A stretch of 63,925 bases of DNA, the filler included, from Chiloscyllium plagiosum (lineage: Eukaryota), in the NCBI RefSeq assembly GCF_004010195.1. It is 4 parts of one record of this genome, joined end to end, with 100 filler letters (N's around TTAATTAATTAA, not from the genome) between each part and the next. Parts side by side here need not be neighbours in the genome. Positions count along the whole stretch, not along the records: positions 16,420 to 47,212 come from NC_057710.1; 3 more parts are not named here. One strand, given 5' to 3'. Position 1 is the stretch's first letter; each line of letters begins with the position of its first letter. Below the pieces are notes generated by a model. That model made no database searches and had not been told where the DNA came from. It saw only the letters and a program-made list of their open reading frames with translations. Of this stretch, positions 26,390-39,439 are shown piece by piece. Made by a program: the position numbers and the translations under genes.

Positions 26390-26513
26390 CAGTCACTCAA
26401 TGTTGAAAAGAATCCTGAAACTTTGGTCCGACCAGAGAATCGTTATGATGTGAATCGCAGGCGACACAACTCGTCAGACAGCTTGGAGTCTTCTGGGACT
26501 CGTTCTAGCGGAG
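26390..26513 (+). CDS. GPBP1: GPBP1 (vasculin) internal coding exon: QSLNVEKNPETLVRPENRYDVNRRRHNSSDSLESSGTRSSG
   Basis: U-rich acceptor ending TAG (26387-26389) and GTGTGT donor at 26514; phase 0 to 1. ENRYDVNRRRHNSSD matches the vasculin N-terminal region as I recall it. Confidence 0.93.
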
Positions 26514-27214
26514 GTGTGTTAATTAATCAACTAATGAGTGTGGTGAGAAAGTTGTGCGTTTACAGGTAATATGTGGTGGGGTATGTTGAAAATAGAGCAT
26601 TGCAATGATAGTTGATTTCAGTTTAATTAATATCTTAAATCTCAATCATGAATTTGGGATATTAACTCCATTTTTTAATTCTTTAGCTATAATGTTATGA
26701 ATAACCAAGCAATATTAGCGTTTTTATAAAAGTGGCTTGTTCAATGTGGTGTGTCTTGAGCGAACATATTTAAATTAACTTATCAACCCTATTTGGTAAA
26801 AGTCAGATTTTTTTTCCTATTTCATGTTTTTGACATTTAATATCAAATTAATTTGCTCTTTATACTTGATATATTTGAACACTGTCTTGTAATGCATGTT
26901 GAATATGTTCAAGTTACAGACAAATCTTTTTCAGTAAGTATCCGGTTCATATTATTGGGTTTACATGGACAAATGGTCACATGTTACAAGACTTTTAAAT
27001 TAATGCTCAACCCATTCTTATGACGTAAATCATACCTCTTGTGTATCTTCAATGTATTTTAATAACCTATATTAAAATTGGGTGAAGCTAATTAAGTAAA
27101 ATTGATTTAATGGTGCCGCATATCCTTTTGTGGTTTGTTTCCAAAGAAGCTAAGGGCTGTAAGTACAAAACTGACTGAAAAACATCAAAAAATAAAAGCT
27201 TTGTGTTCCCTTAT

Positions 27215-28310
27215 TATACAGTATCTAAAAAAATCTATTGATCTCAGCTTAAAAGATACTCAGTGGTTTGAGTATTCATGGCCTCAGAGGTAGAGAATTA
27301 GATTTACAATCCTTTTGATTTTGAAGAAATTTCTCCTTATTCTCTATGAACCAATACTCTGAGCTAATGACCTCTAGTTTGAAACTCGAAGGCCAGGGGA
27401 AGCAGACAATCAGCATCTGCTTTTGTGTATTATTGTTTTGACATTAACTTAAATTCAAAATCATTTTGCTCTGTAATCTATTGTCTTTTAATTTTCTTGG
27501 GTATCTCATGTGATCACCTCAATTGTATAAATTATGTATTTAAAAAGTTAATTTGACTTTATTTTGGTGCAAATAGCAACCTTCTTGACCCAGGAATCCA
27601 ATCTCTTGAATCTTTGTCCTCCTATGCGGCAGGTACATCCTTTTGGTTAAGGAGACAAAATCTGTATTTTGTGACATAATATCTTGTGTCTGATCTCTCT
27701 CTGCTATATAATTGCATTTGAGCTCCAACCCCCTTGAAATAAAGGCTAACATACCATTTACTATTGCCACATGATTTTCTGTTTCATGTAAAAGAATTCC
27801 CAAAGTCTAATTATTCACCTTTTGTAAAACTTTTCTCTCAAAGTGCACAATTTCACTTTTTGCCATATCCATTGCCCACTTGGTTAACAAAGATATTTTC
27901 CTTTGCAGACTCTTCTGTGCCTTCCTTGCAGTTTTTTTTGACACTGCTGTGTGGTTTTCAAACTTGGCTATCTTTTTTTGTATTTGGTTTTCTCAGCTGT
28001 GATATAGACTGTAAACAGCCAAGGCCCAAGCACCAATCATGGTGACTTCCCACTAGTTACAACCTGCCAATCCAAAAATGACTTGTTTATTCTTCCTGAG
28101 TTTTCTGTCTATCAACCAGTCCTCAACACATTACCCAAATCTCATGAACTTAATTCTTGTATACCATCTCTTGTATGATCAGGTATTGAACGATGATCTA
28201 AATATACTACATTGAATGGACCTCTTTTATTTATGTTACTAGTTATAAAACCGCAGTCAAAATTGGGAAGTTACGATTTGGCAACAATTTCATTTTGATA
28301 AAGCTATGTT
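27215..28310 (-). mobile_element. Old degenerate CR1 fragments
   Basis: NGMLAFISRGLE on the minus strand plus 3' UTR remnants. Confidence 0.7.
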
Positions 28311-29207
28311 GATCACAGCAATGACTCAACTGAAAAATTCATTGAAGCAATGTCAGGTTGCTTTTTCTACAATTTAACTTGTGATTCCTGGGCAAGGATA
28401 GTTTTTATGGTGTGGGCTTGGAACATTCTCATGATTTTAGAAGTTTTTGCACCAAGTCACATTTGCTAAATACCCCTGTGTTTGTTGACGTACATGGGCT
28501 CCCAGACAAACAATTCCTTGATTTTTAAAATCATTTCCCAAATCTACAGAGATCTAAGCTTCTAGAATTCTAGCCTTTTGATCACCTGAGGTTTTAATTG
28601 CACTGCAAGTGATTGAAAACTAATGGCACAACAATGTCCCACACTCTGGAGTTCTACTACAAAAATTCTCTGCATTTCTGACACTCATTCTCCTTCGCAA
28701 CTACCCCTATTGACCAAACTTTTGGCTGTATCCCCTCAAATTTCCTTATTTATCTCTTTTTTGTGTGATAACTCTTCTTTGAAGCATCTTGAGATATTTT
28801 GGTATTGAAGTTGCATACAGAAAGATATGTTCTTGTGCTCATTAGCATGCAGGAACAGTGAGAAACTGTATCATATACCTGATTTTCTTGGTTATTCAAA
28901 TCCTTTGGCAGACTAGGTTTGATGATGTCTGCTACTTTAAGCTTTTTCCGGTCACTTTGTTGAAACACCATTCGATCAGGTTACCTGTTGTTTAGTCTAG
29001 AATGTTAGGTTGGAATCATGCCACATGATCCTGTTTTTTGGTTTTAAATAAGGTGTCTTGAATTGATGTAAAAAAATTGGTTTCTTCTTTGAAAATATAT
29101 TGACATCAAACTTTTCTACTGTGAGTTGCATTTTGGCTAGGATTATTATCAAACTCATGTCACTTTCTTGCCTTATTATTTGCAAATAAAATCCATTTGG
29201 TTTGCAG

Positions 29208-29428
29208 GAAACTTTGGAAGAAAAGAGAAAAATGGTTGGCGGTCACAAGGACGGGGCACAGAAACTGTAAATCCAAGAAGTGGCTACCATGGAGGGAATC
29301 CCCGTCCTCGAAGTGGTACTTTCCATGGAGGAAAAGCCCCAGCATTGCATGAGAATAACTTAACAGAAGATGAAAATGGGAAGAAGGAAGAAAAGAAGAA
29401 ATCTAAGCAGTTTGAGGCTGAAGATTTT
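29208..29428 (+). CDS. GPBP1: GPBP1 coding exon: GNFGRKEKNGWRSQGRG...KKSKQFEAEDF
   Basis: TTTGCAG acceptor and GTAGGT donor; phase 1 to 0, in frame with the previous exon. GNFGRKEKNGWR and KQFEAEDF fit GPBP1 rather than GPBP1L1. Confidence 0.96.
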
Positions 29429-30427
29429 GTAGGTTGATTTTTTTTTTAACAAAAATCTCTGACAAATCATTGACTTTAACAGCCTTTTTGATTGTAAATT
29501 CATGAAATAATCTGACCTATTTGATGTTTGTGGTTGAGCATTAGGCCATCGCCATCTGATTTACCATATTAGATGTGTGTTTGGAAGCCATTTCATAAGA
29601 TGAATGCATGATGCAAGAAATTTTATAATTTGAGTTTGTTGACTTTATTCATCCATTTCTAAAAATGTTTTTTGGATTATGCAGTGGGTTTTTCTTCCAT
29701 TTGATGAGCAATCTGCCATCATGAAAAGTTGACTCTTTTTTTTTTTAAAATTGTGTTCCTGGCACTACTGCTAGTCTAAATAATTGCACACGCTGATCTG
29801 TAGTTTCTCTCTGTGCCTGGCAGAGAGATGTACTCAAAAATACTCTCCAGCATCTGCAGTCCTCACTTTCTCCCAGGTACACAAAAATACTCAACTTCTC
29901 TCAGCAATTAAAATCAAATATATTTTGGGGGTGCATCTGAAAAACAAAATGTAATCTGATCAGCATTACAAAGGTTCATGAATGTTCAGAGTTGGAATTG
30001 AAGAATGCTTTTTAAAATCCTTCTAATAGCCAAACATTATTCTAAGTTGTTACATTAGTTCTTTTTACTGATATCGCCCCCACTGCTTCAGTGAGCAACT
30101 TGTTTACTTTTTATGAAATTGAATCTATGTTAAGTTTTATTTCTTGATAAGGTTCTATTGTTCTGGAGCTCTTTTCCCCAGTCTCTTGTCCCACTCCAAG
30201 TAAAGGCTTTGACTCCAGTTATCCTTTTATCGGATCAGTGTAAGAGTACATTCATCTATGATGAGATAGGGATTGTGAATATCTATATAGGATCAGCATG
30301 CTCAATTAAATATTATACAATCTAACAACATGAAGTAAATTTTGGCTAATGTAATGTGCATTGGGGATGTCGAGCAATTGGAATTAATAAACAAACCTAA
30401 TGCTTACTGATTTGAAGCATCTTAAAA

Positions 30428-30860
30428 TCATAAGAGATAGGAGCAGAATTAGGCCATTTGGCCCATTGAGTCTACTTCATTACTTTATCATGGCTGATAT
30501 GTTTCTCAACCTCATTCTCCTGCTTTCTTCCTGAAACCCTCGATCCTTTTTACTAATCAAGAACGTATCTATGTCTGTCATAAAAATAACTTGCCCTCTG
30601 TGGCATGGTTCCACAGGTTAATCACACTCTGGCTGAAGAAATTTCTCCTCATGTCAGTTCTAAAGGATTGTCCTTTCACTAAGGCTGTGCCCTTGGGTCC
30701 TAGTCTCTCCTACTAGTGGAACCATCTTCTTCATGCCCTCCGTGCCTCTCAGTATTCTGTAAGTTTAATCAGATCTCTCCCTCATCCTTCTGGACTCCAG
30801 TGAGTACAGACCCAGTGTCCTTTTATGACAAGCTCTTCAACCCTGGGGTCATTCTTGTAA
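30428..30860 (-). mobile_element. CR1 3' end
   Basis: Typical 3' UTR in reverse complement. Confidence 0.8.
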
Positions 30861-31052
30861 AATATTGTCAGTTTATACTAATACTTAATGATATGATGAT
30901 GAGAACTTTTTAAGAAGCATGTTGCACCCTCTGATAAGAGATTAAATGATATTTTATAGCTGTAAAAGTACATCCATCTTTCAACATTCTTGTGTTATGT
31001 TTAAGAACAGGAAGGTTGTCTTGAAGTTAACTCTGGAAGTAGGCAAAGTATG

Positions 31053-31360
31053 GAGGACACTCGTGAAGTCCACATTGATGCCCTGGGGTTGAAGTGATCC
31101 GAGGCGGAAGATGAGTTCTTGCTCCAGGCGTTGGGTGGTGAGGGAGCGGCAGTGGAGGAGGCCCGGGATCTGCATGTCCTCGGCAGAGTGGGAGGGGGAG
31201 TTGAAATGTTCGGCTACTGAGTGGTGGGGTTGATCGGTGCGGGTGTCCTGGAGATGTTCCCTCAAGGGCTGTGACGAAGGGTTTCTGCCCGAAATGTTGA
31301 TCTTTCCTGCTCCTCGACTGCTGCCTGATCTGCTGTGCTTTTCCAGCACCACTCTAATCT
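31053..31360 (-). mobile_element. Penelope-like element fragment (GIY-YIG C-terminus joined to an inverted pseudo-LTR)
   Basis: REH...VAEHFNSPSHS...LIFRLGSLQPQGINVDF is a typical Neptune-type PLE endonuclease end. Confidence 0.85.
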
Positions 31361-31809
31361 AGGTGAGCTGCTGCAGTGCGTACATCACTTAGGAATTGCA
31401 CTATCCATGATATGTTGATCGTGGAAGATTTAATGCTGAGGCCGATAGATAAAGTAGCAATCACGTGGGGTACTTTTCATGGATTGTGTAGAGCATGAAT
31501 GTTGTTGCAGCTAGTGTGTATTCAGGCAAGTGAATAGTATTTTATCATATTCTTGACTTGTGCATATGTTTATTGGCAAGCTTTTGGGGAATCATGGATG
31601 AATTGCTTAGTGAACACACAATTCTGACTTGATGCAGCAGGTAAGATATTTTGTCGATGATCCAGAAGTATTTCTGATAACTGACCACAAGTCTCTGATC
31701 TGAGCGATCATGGTGTCATTGAATGCCAAGTGGATGTGATTAGCCTGTCATTGAGAAAAGGTTATCACTTGGTAAGTGTTAAGTTTGTTTTGTTACTTAG
31801 TGTCTATAT

Positions 31810-32640
31810 AGATCTTAGGAAAGCATTTCACCAAAGTACTGGATAAAAGGCTGGTTAATGGGCCCTCATGAGTAAGCAGGGTCTGTGTCAAATTGGATTA
31901 AAAGGAATTTCCTACAGAACTGAAAACAGCAGGTTTTTCTAAATATTTGATTTTAAGACTGGAGGATTGTAGATAGTGATGTTTCCTAAGCATCAGTAGC
32001 AGGACCATTGCTTTTCTTGCCACATATAAATAACTTTGATCGTAGAGGGGAAAATATAAAATTTCCATGTCTAACTTCGAGGATGGTACTTATTAACTAC
32101 AATGGGATGCAGGCTTGCAGATTAGGCAGAAAAGTCACAGATGGAGTTTAATAAAGAGAAGTGTGATGCGAGGACCCAGTCAGATTTAATTGCATGGCAC
32201 TGAAGAGCATCTGCACCAGCACAAAGACCTAGGATTGCATGTACATTGATCTCCAAAGGGGAGCTACACTTTACGGAAGATGTGAAGATCCATGAGAGTG
32301 TGCAGAGGAAAATTACCAGAATAATTTTACTTATGTACTGTTAGATTGGAGAAGCTGGGGGTTGTTTTACTTGGAGAAAAGACTGAACGGAGATTTATTG
32401 AACTGTATACAGTTTTGATAAGTTGGAACAGTGCAGATGAGGAAAATCTGTTTCTTTTCTCACAAAAAACCTGGGACTGACTAACCATGAGAGTGGTGGA
32501 AGTAGAGATACTTAATGACTTCAAGCAGAAAGGAGTGAACTTGCAATGCTATGGGATCCAATGGGAAATGGGATTGATTAGGTTCGTCTGGAGAACTAAT
32601 TCAAACTCAGTTGGCCAAGTGGCTGCATTCAGTCTGGCTC
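31810..32640 (+). mobile_element. Highly degenerate CR1
   Basis: Remnant KAF, GSVAGPLLF and QMEFN motifs. Confidence 0.65.
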
Positions 32641-35125
32641 TGGCCTGGTTTTGTCCAGGTCTTGTTGCATGCAGGCATGGATTGCTTCTTTCTGAAATTT
32701 TGAATTAAACTGCACGTTGCAATAATCAGTGAACTTCTAATATTATGGATAAAGGCAAGTTCATCAATGAAGTGGCTGAAGAAAGTTTGGGATTGCATTG
32801 CTTCTTTGAGAAACAGCTGTAGTGACATCCTGGAGCTGAAAAGATCATAGATCTCTAGCAATCACAGCCATCATCTCGTACCAATTATGACTCCAACCAA
32901 TGGACAATTTTCCCTTTGTCTCCACTGACTTCTCTTTTTTGCTTTGGCTCCTTGATGCTACATTTGGTGGAATACAGCCTTGGTGTTAATTATTGCAAAT
33001 AACTGTTGGCACTCAACAATTACATTGTTGCCAACAGTTGGTTTAGACTTATCTCTTTTTTTTTTGGTTGATCAAAAAAACCTTAACAGTTTTCAACCTA
33101 GTTAATGCTCATGCTGCTCGGGATGAAGGTCATTCTGGAGCACAGGTCTTCAGCAGTATAGACTCATTAGCAGAATGACCTAATCCAGTCCACTTTCACA
33201 TGGTCTTCACTGTGTCCAGTGCAACTAAATGCCATGTGCATTGACTGAAGTCGAGTATCTATGATGGTGGTATGAGAAAATTCAGCAAGAATTTGCCGTT
33301 TATCTTCTAGAAGAAGGCTATTGTAAATGCTTCATCATTACCTTTTCCAATCATTGTTGGAATCTGCCATTATTCAAAGTGGAGGCTTTCAATTTAGTGG
33401 GAAAACAGTGAAGATGGGCCTTGGTCTTTGCAGGCTGAATGGAAGTTACTCCAAGTTACGCTGTCATTGCCACACACATCCATAATGGGTAGTTTGAAGG
33501 TCAATGAATGTTGGTTATATTCTGTTGTTTTGACATGGAATACAAGAGGCAAGTTTGTAATCATTACTCACACACTGTTTATATCCGTTCAATATCAGTT
33601 GTGATTCTGTTTGCTCTTTGCTCTCTCTTTGTCGCCTGAAACCATACGTTTAAATTCTCCTTCATAGCTGCCTCCTTATTCCGGCTTTGTTTTGATGTAG
33701 CTTATTCTTTACCACTTCACTGTCTTGAAAATGTTTCCAATTGACCTTAGACCCTGGATAACTGACCACTTTACTCTCCTCTGTGCTACCATACATGGAT
33801 ATACACCTCCTAAGATGCTGAAATCAATGTTTTATTGTTAGTTTCAATTATGCTTGCTTCAGTGTCTAACTTTGTTCCCTAATTCCATAACCACCACCTC
33901 CAATCTACAACTCACAAGAATTTTGCATTCTTAGAACTCTAGTCTCTTGTACATCTTAGTACTTTCAGGCCACTATATCTTCAGCTGTGGCTGTTTTAAA
34001 AACTCTGGAAAGTTCTTTGTAAATTTCCTGAATATCTTTATAAAGTTGATACCTCAATACTCATCTTCCTGTCTGATTTTATGCTCTTGTTTAAAATTTG
34101 AGGGGCAGCTGATGTAAGAAAGAAACAAATACAAATGAAATCTTTTTCTTATGTGCAACCTTCTCCTTAATCATAGGCTTAAAGCTACGTGCAGTGTTGC
34201 ACTTCATTTCACCGGCATGGATGTATTCATCTTGATGCTCTTTGGTGGAACATTAAGTGGAGGCATTATTCAAGCCTTAGAGTGTGATATTTCCAAATAG
34301 TTGGAAACTTGAGAGCTGTGATAATCGATGCTTTATTGCATCTAAAGCAGTTGTTCAAAACTAACACCATAACTTTGGAAGGATGTAGAATAGTTCTGTC
34401 TAACGCAATATTTCATAAACCACTCTGCAAGTCTAAGCAGCTACTTTTAAATTGTGTCTATTTAGTAATTTCTTCCTCCTTTGTCTGGTGCTCTGAGAGG
34501 TTCTCCTACTTTCTGATCTAACTGTATCTAATATTTTAAACTATGAAACCAGTTACTGTTATTGAGGAACTTGATGAACCTGGTTGATCCTCTTCCCGCC
34601 AGCATTAGATAAATGCACTTATGGTGAAAGTACAAGATGTTACGTTGTGTGGTTAAATGGTGAAGAGGGATCAATTATTCATTTGAGGAAAGTTTGTTTT
34701 GTCCAGTTGTTTCGTATTTGGGGCCGAATTCTCCTTTTCTTGAGTGAATTGATTTCTTTGGCTATCAAATAGAAACATGAGCTGTGTCAATTATGACTCC
34801 ATGTATGTTAACTAAAAAGAACAGGACATCTTGGTGTAAACAACCGTGAGATTGATGCAATTGGTGATTGATGTGTAAACCAGTAAAACTGAAGGTGTGA
34901 ATAGTGATTAGCTGAATAGTGATTGATTGTGTAGTCAGAAGTAGTCTTTCAGACGGTTTGTTTGTTTTTGTCAACTTGTATCGGAGAAGATGAAAGAAAT
35001 GCAAATGTGGATAGATGTGAGATTTACCATATGCAGTTAACGTGAAATTGAGGCATTTTAATGTACTGACCCCTGAATCATTACATCATTCAAGTTGATT
35101 GGGTGAAAGACAGACTTGCACTCAT

Positions 35126-35331
35126 GGGCGAAAGTGAGTAATGCAGATGCTGGAGATCAGAGTCAAGGTTCGAGTTGTCAGCAGGTCAGGCAGTATCTGA
35201 GGAGCAGAAAAAAAACATTTCGGGCAGGAGCCCTTCATCAGAAATTCCTGATGGCTCCTGCCCGAAACATCGTTTTTTTTTCCTGCTCCTCGGATGCTGC
35301 CTGACTTGTGCTTTTCCAGCACCACTCTGAT
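35126..35331. mobile_element. Palindromic PLE-derived element with a hammerhead core
   Basis: Minus strand 35214-35241 reads CUGAUGA-A-GGGC-UCCU-GCCC-GAAA-UG-UU; CTTGCACT is duplicated at the flanks. Confidence 0.75.
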
Positions 35332-35676
35332 CTTGCACTTCTATAGTTCCTTTCCTGCTTTTGGGATGTCTCAAAGTTGAAGAAATTTTTAAAAAATGTA
35401 ATTTAGTCAAGGTAAACTGATTGCAAGGGACAAAGGAAAGAATATCTGAGGCTTTCCCCCCCAATTTTTTAAACTACAATGTAGTCTGTCTTTGAAGACC
35501 TATTTACCATGTTTTTTTTCCAGCCAAAGTGCTGAAATGCCTAACTGCAGCACAATATTCTCAGGGCCTTGAGAATCAAGTGCCTGTTTGCTTTCTTTAT
35601 CTTGATGACTTTTTAATTATGAGCATACCAACATTTTCTACAGAAAAGCAAAGGCCACATTTCGGAGGGTATATTT

Positions 35677-36353
35677 TGTTATGACACTGGGTAAACCCTC
35701 CTGCTTAATTTAAAACCAGCAACACCGAAAAGATTTATCTTGTGCAGTAATCTGTTTTAAAAACAAATCAAAGTGGCCCAGAACTATATAAAGTAAAAAT
35801 TAACAACTTTATTGCTTAAAATATAATAGAATAATTAACTAATCACTATTTACAGTTTCTTCCTCTGACTTATCTTTTACCTTCCCTTCCTTAATACTAG
35901 TCTGATAAAACTCCCAATTAAGATTTACAAAGCAACACTTCTTACCTCAAAGCCAGGCAACTTTCGTGCTTCTATTCAGATCTTCCTGAGTAGTCTTTTC
36001 TTCTTAGGAATTTGTGTCACAGGTAACATTTTAAGAGAGCTATTTTCAGGCAGTCTGATTACACGTTGGGCTTCTCAGTTCTCCTTTTGACTGTTCAATT
36101 TTCCCTGGTCTTGCCATCTGATGCTTTGGGAGTATGTCATTGGCTTTTAAGATTGTCATTATACTCTAGTCAAACTGGATATTTTTCGGGGTAGAATTTA
36201 AACTGATTTTTGAATTTGTTTTTGTCTCCAGGCAACAAACTAATGGAGTTATTTGACCAAGTGTTACATTGTTGCCTTATTGAGAACACTTGGTGCTGTG
36301 TCTGGTAGTTCAGTTCTTTTTAACTCTCAATGTATACCCTCCTCTTCATAACA
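35677..36353. mobile_element. Solo LTR; a partial second copy lies at about 59420-59840
   Basis: TGTTATGA...TCATAACA terminal inverted repeat; ATATTT/ATATTG flanks; homologous to 59420-59840. Confidence 0.75.
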
Positions 36354-37398
36354 ATATTGTCCTTTAACTTTTTTAAGGAATTTTAGGGTCTGTATTTAGA
36401 GTCATAGAGATGTACAGCACGGAAACAGACCCTTTGTGAGAAACAGTGATGGCAAATATATCAGACGACTACCCCATTTCCCAACCACCCCTTGCTTTGC
36501 ATGCTGGAGAAATGCCATAGATACCAAGAAATTCAGGGTCTAGATTTCTACTTCATGTCTTGCATACCATCTTGCTTATTTATTGTCCATTGAAAAAAAT
36601 TATTTTCAGATACGAGTGAAAAGCAGTCTTGTCCTAGATTATGATCTATGTGACATGAATGTTTTACAGTAAAGGAACAATCTAACGTTGAGTAACCACA
36701 GTTGATCGGATATGGTTATGCATCTTGCTAACTACACTCGCTCCATGAACATCACACTTGCTGCCAAATTAAGCTGATGTGTGCTCTGACTTTGAACAAT
36801 GCCTAAGGAGATCTGCTGGTATTTTAAAATTTCTGCATAAAATGTCAGCTTTTTCACTGAAACTAGTGATGAAGTGCAACTGGGTGATTTCTGTATTTAA
36901 ATATTTTATTAAAGGTCCATCTATTGATATTTGATCTATTCGGCTTCATAAAGTTTTTAAATGATTGCTACACAAGGACTTAGTTGGGTTTTTTAGTTCG
37001 ACTTGCTTAGATTATGATATCAGATTTTTAAAAATAAATAGTTTGTCCAATCACACTCATCATTGAAAGAGGTGGTCACATCATTGACACACTCACCTTG
37101 GATATTCCATGTAAATTGTATGCAACTCGTTCTGTTAATAAAACATGCAAGTTTCTAGAAATCTGTTGTAATGCTGTTGTAAGTTCATGATTTGAAAGCT
37201 TTGTGATGAGAATAAATTTGGATTTGTAACTCTCTTCCTGAGGACAAATGACCAGTCATGTTGCAAAGTTAACTCTAACATTCGTTTAGCAGTGTCATTA
37301 TGTCAGGTACTTTATTCTAGGCAGAAGCTAAAAGTGACTTCAAGTGGCTTGAAATGCACAATGTTGATAGAAACTCGTGAGCCTGTCAGGCAGTGATG

Positions 37399-37723
37399 GA
37401 TTAGATTCCCTACAGTGTGGAAATGGGCCCTTCGACCCAACAAGCCTACACCGACCGTCCGAAGAATGATCTATCCAGACCCAATCCTCTACCTTCCCCT
37501 ATATTTACCCCTGACTAATGCATCTAACACTATGGGCAATTTAGCATGGTCAATTCACCTGACCTGCATATCTTTGGATTATGGGAGGAAACCAAAGCAC
37601 CAAGAGGAAATCCACGCAGACACTGGGAGAATATGCAAACTCCACACGGGCAGTCGCCCAAGGTGGGAATCAAATCAGTGTATCTGGCGATATGAGGCAG
37701 CAGTGCTAACTGCTGTGCCACCC
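37399..37723 (-). mobile_element. HE1-type V-SINE (older copy)
   Basis: Collinear with the 21708-22013 copy. Confidence 0.88.
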
Positions 37724-37815
37724 GGAGATGTGAAATGTATCAGATGTGAAATTACTGTGGACGAAGAAAATAAAACGAGAGGTTATGTTTGTCTGTCTGT
37801 CTGAGTTTTACCCAA

Positions 37816-38033
37816 TGCAAAATCAGAAGTTGCTGAAAAAGCCCAGCGAGTCTTTGAAAAGAAGTGAGTTAACGTTCTGTGTTCTGTAACCGTTCCTCAG
37901 AATTGTCCTGAGGAAGGGTCACCAGGCCCTGAACACTTTACTGATTTCTCTTCACAGACCTGCTGAGTTTTTCCAGCAACCTCTGTTTTTTGTTCCTGAT
38001 TTACAGCATCTGCAGTTTTTTCATTTTTTTTTT
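37816..38033. mobile_element. Palindromic PLE-derived element with decayed hammerheads
   Basis: Inverted arms around CTCAGAATTGTCCTGAGG; GTTTTACCCAAT is duplicated at the flanks. Confidence 0.7.
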
Positions 38034-38427
38034 GTTTTACCCAATATTTGCATTGGATGCTTAAGAGATTTTTGCCTTTTTTGAATTTAGATTCTGTGTG
38101 AAGACAAGGAATTTTCTTTATTGAGATTATCTGCTTTTATCCTTGTCTCCCATTGTCTACACAGAAACACTTCCACTTGATTCGCAGATACCTACAAGCA
38201 CTCCAAGCACCCACACATACTATGCCCAATTTTCTTAAACTAACAGAATAGGAGCATTATTAATGATATAAGGGAAAAAGTTCTATCATTCAGTCTTGTC
38301 AGTCCCAGAACATTGAATTGATTTGTGAGACCCAGTTTGTTATATGTTTCTCTGAGGTTGAATTTTTAATGTTGTTAGCAAGCATGTTTCTAAACCGTAT
38401 AATTCCTGCTTTTGTTTTTCCTTCCAG

Positions 38428-38491
38428 CCATCGCTTAATCCTGAGTCTAAAAAAGAATTTGGCAAGAACAAATCCATTGCAGGTGTATGGG
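38428..38491 (+). CDS. GPBP1: GPBP1 coding exon: PSLNPESKKEFGKNKSIAGVW
   Basis: Polypyrimidine tract plus CCAG acceptor, GTGAGT donor; phase 0 to 1. Completes the conserved EDFPSL motif and GVW. Confidence 0.94.
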
Positions 38492-38794
38492 GTGAGTTAC
38501 TGACCAATTCTTATCATTTGCAATTTTTAACCAGTACAAAAAAAGAATTTAACTATAAATCTACATGTAATAATAGTTTAGTTGAAGAATTTCCAAGTCT
38601 CTTTAGGCTACATAATTCCAAACTAAAGTAGCTAGGGCACCAGGGAGAAGTTTGAATACATTAGCTTTAGCTTTAATGTATTTCAAGTTAATGACATTGA
38701 TCATTCCCTTCCCATTCTCCCCCCACCCTCACCAATAATAGCACTAATAACAGATCAACAAAATTGCAGAACAAACAGTGGACAGTGAAATACA

Positions 38795-39140
38795 ATGTGG
38801 CAACTGGCTCAATTGGTACTGTCTGAGTCAGAAAGTTGTGTTTTTTGAAAGATCAATCTGGGTTTGATTTCCATAATGTAGACTATTATGTTGCTGCAGT
38901 ATCGAGGGAATGCTGTGTGTCAAACATAGTGATAACTTGAGTTCCTGCGTGCTCTGTTTGGGTGTAGAAGATTTCATACTATTATTCATCTCTCGATCTA
39001 TTAATACAAAAGCCGATCATATGGTCATTACCGCACAGCTGAGAGTTTACTGCTATATTTAGGCATTATAACACTGACTACGATTTGAAAATTTATTTAA
39101 TTAGATGTTAAGCTTGGGCACCTGGTAGTTGCGCGAGATA
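38795..39140 (+). mobile_element. Ancient tRNA-derived SINE, possibly DeuSINE/SacSINE1-like
   Basis: Decayed A-box/TCTGAGTCAGAA head and GCAGTATCGAGGGAATGCTG core. Confidence 0.45.
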
Positions 39141-39439
39141 AATTTTAAAAATATAAGCCTGAGTTGTCAGAGCTTGATGAGCTTTAATATTTTTTAGAGT
39201 TGCTGGTGCCTTGTCGAAAGATGTTGAGCCCTACTTAACCTTGCGTTGCTTCACAAGAAGTGAATAGATGTATTACATTCAACAAAGTGACAACTACAGA
39301 ATCTGTTAACTGGATAAGTAAAATAAATTGCTAAATACACGATACAGACCTAATAATGAGATTTCTTTCTTCTCAATTTGTGTTCAACCATATTGAAGTA
39401 CGATGTTACTTCAGTTAGTTGTTTCTTTCTTAATTCCAA

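Noticed and set aside
30890..30935. C/D box-like motifs (ATGATGA...CTGA) in a GPBP1 intron
   Set aside because: Spacing of about 40 nt is too short for a snoRNA and there is no terminal stem.
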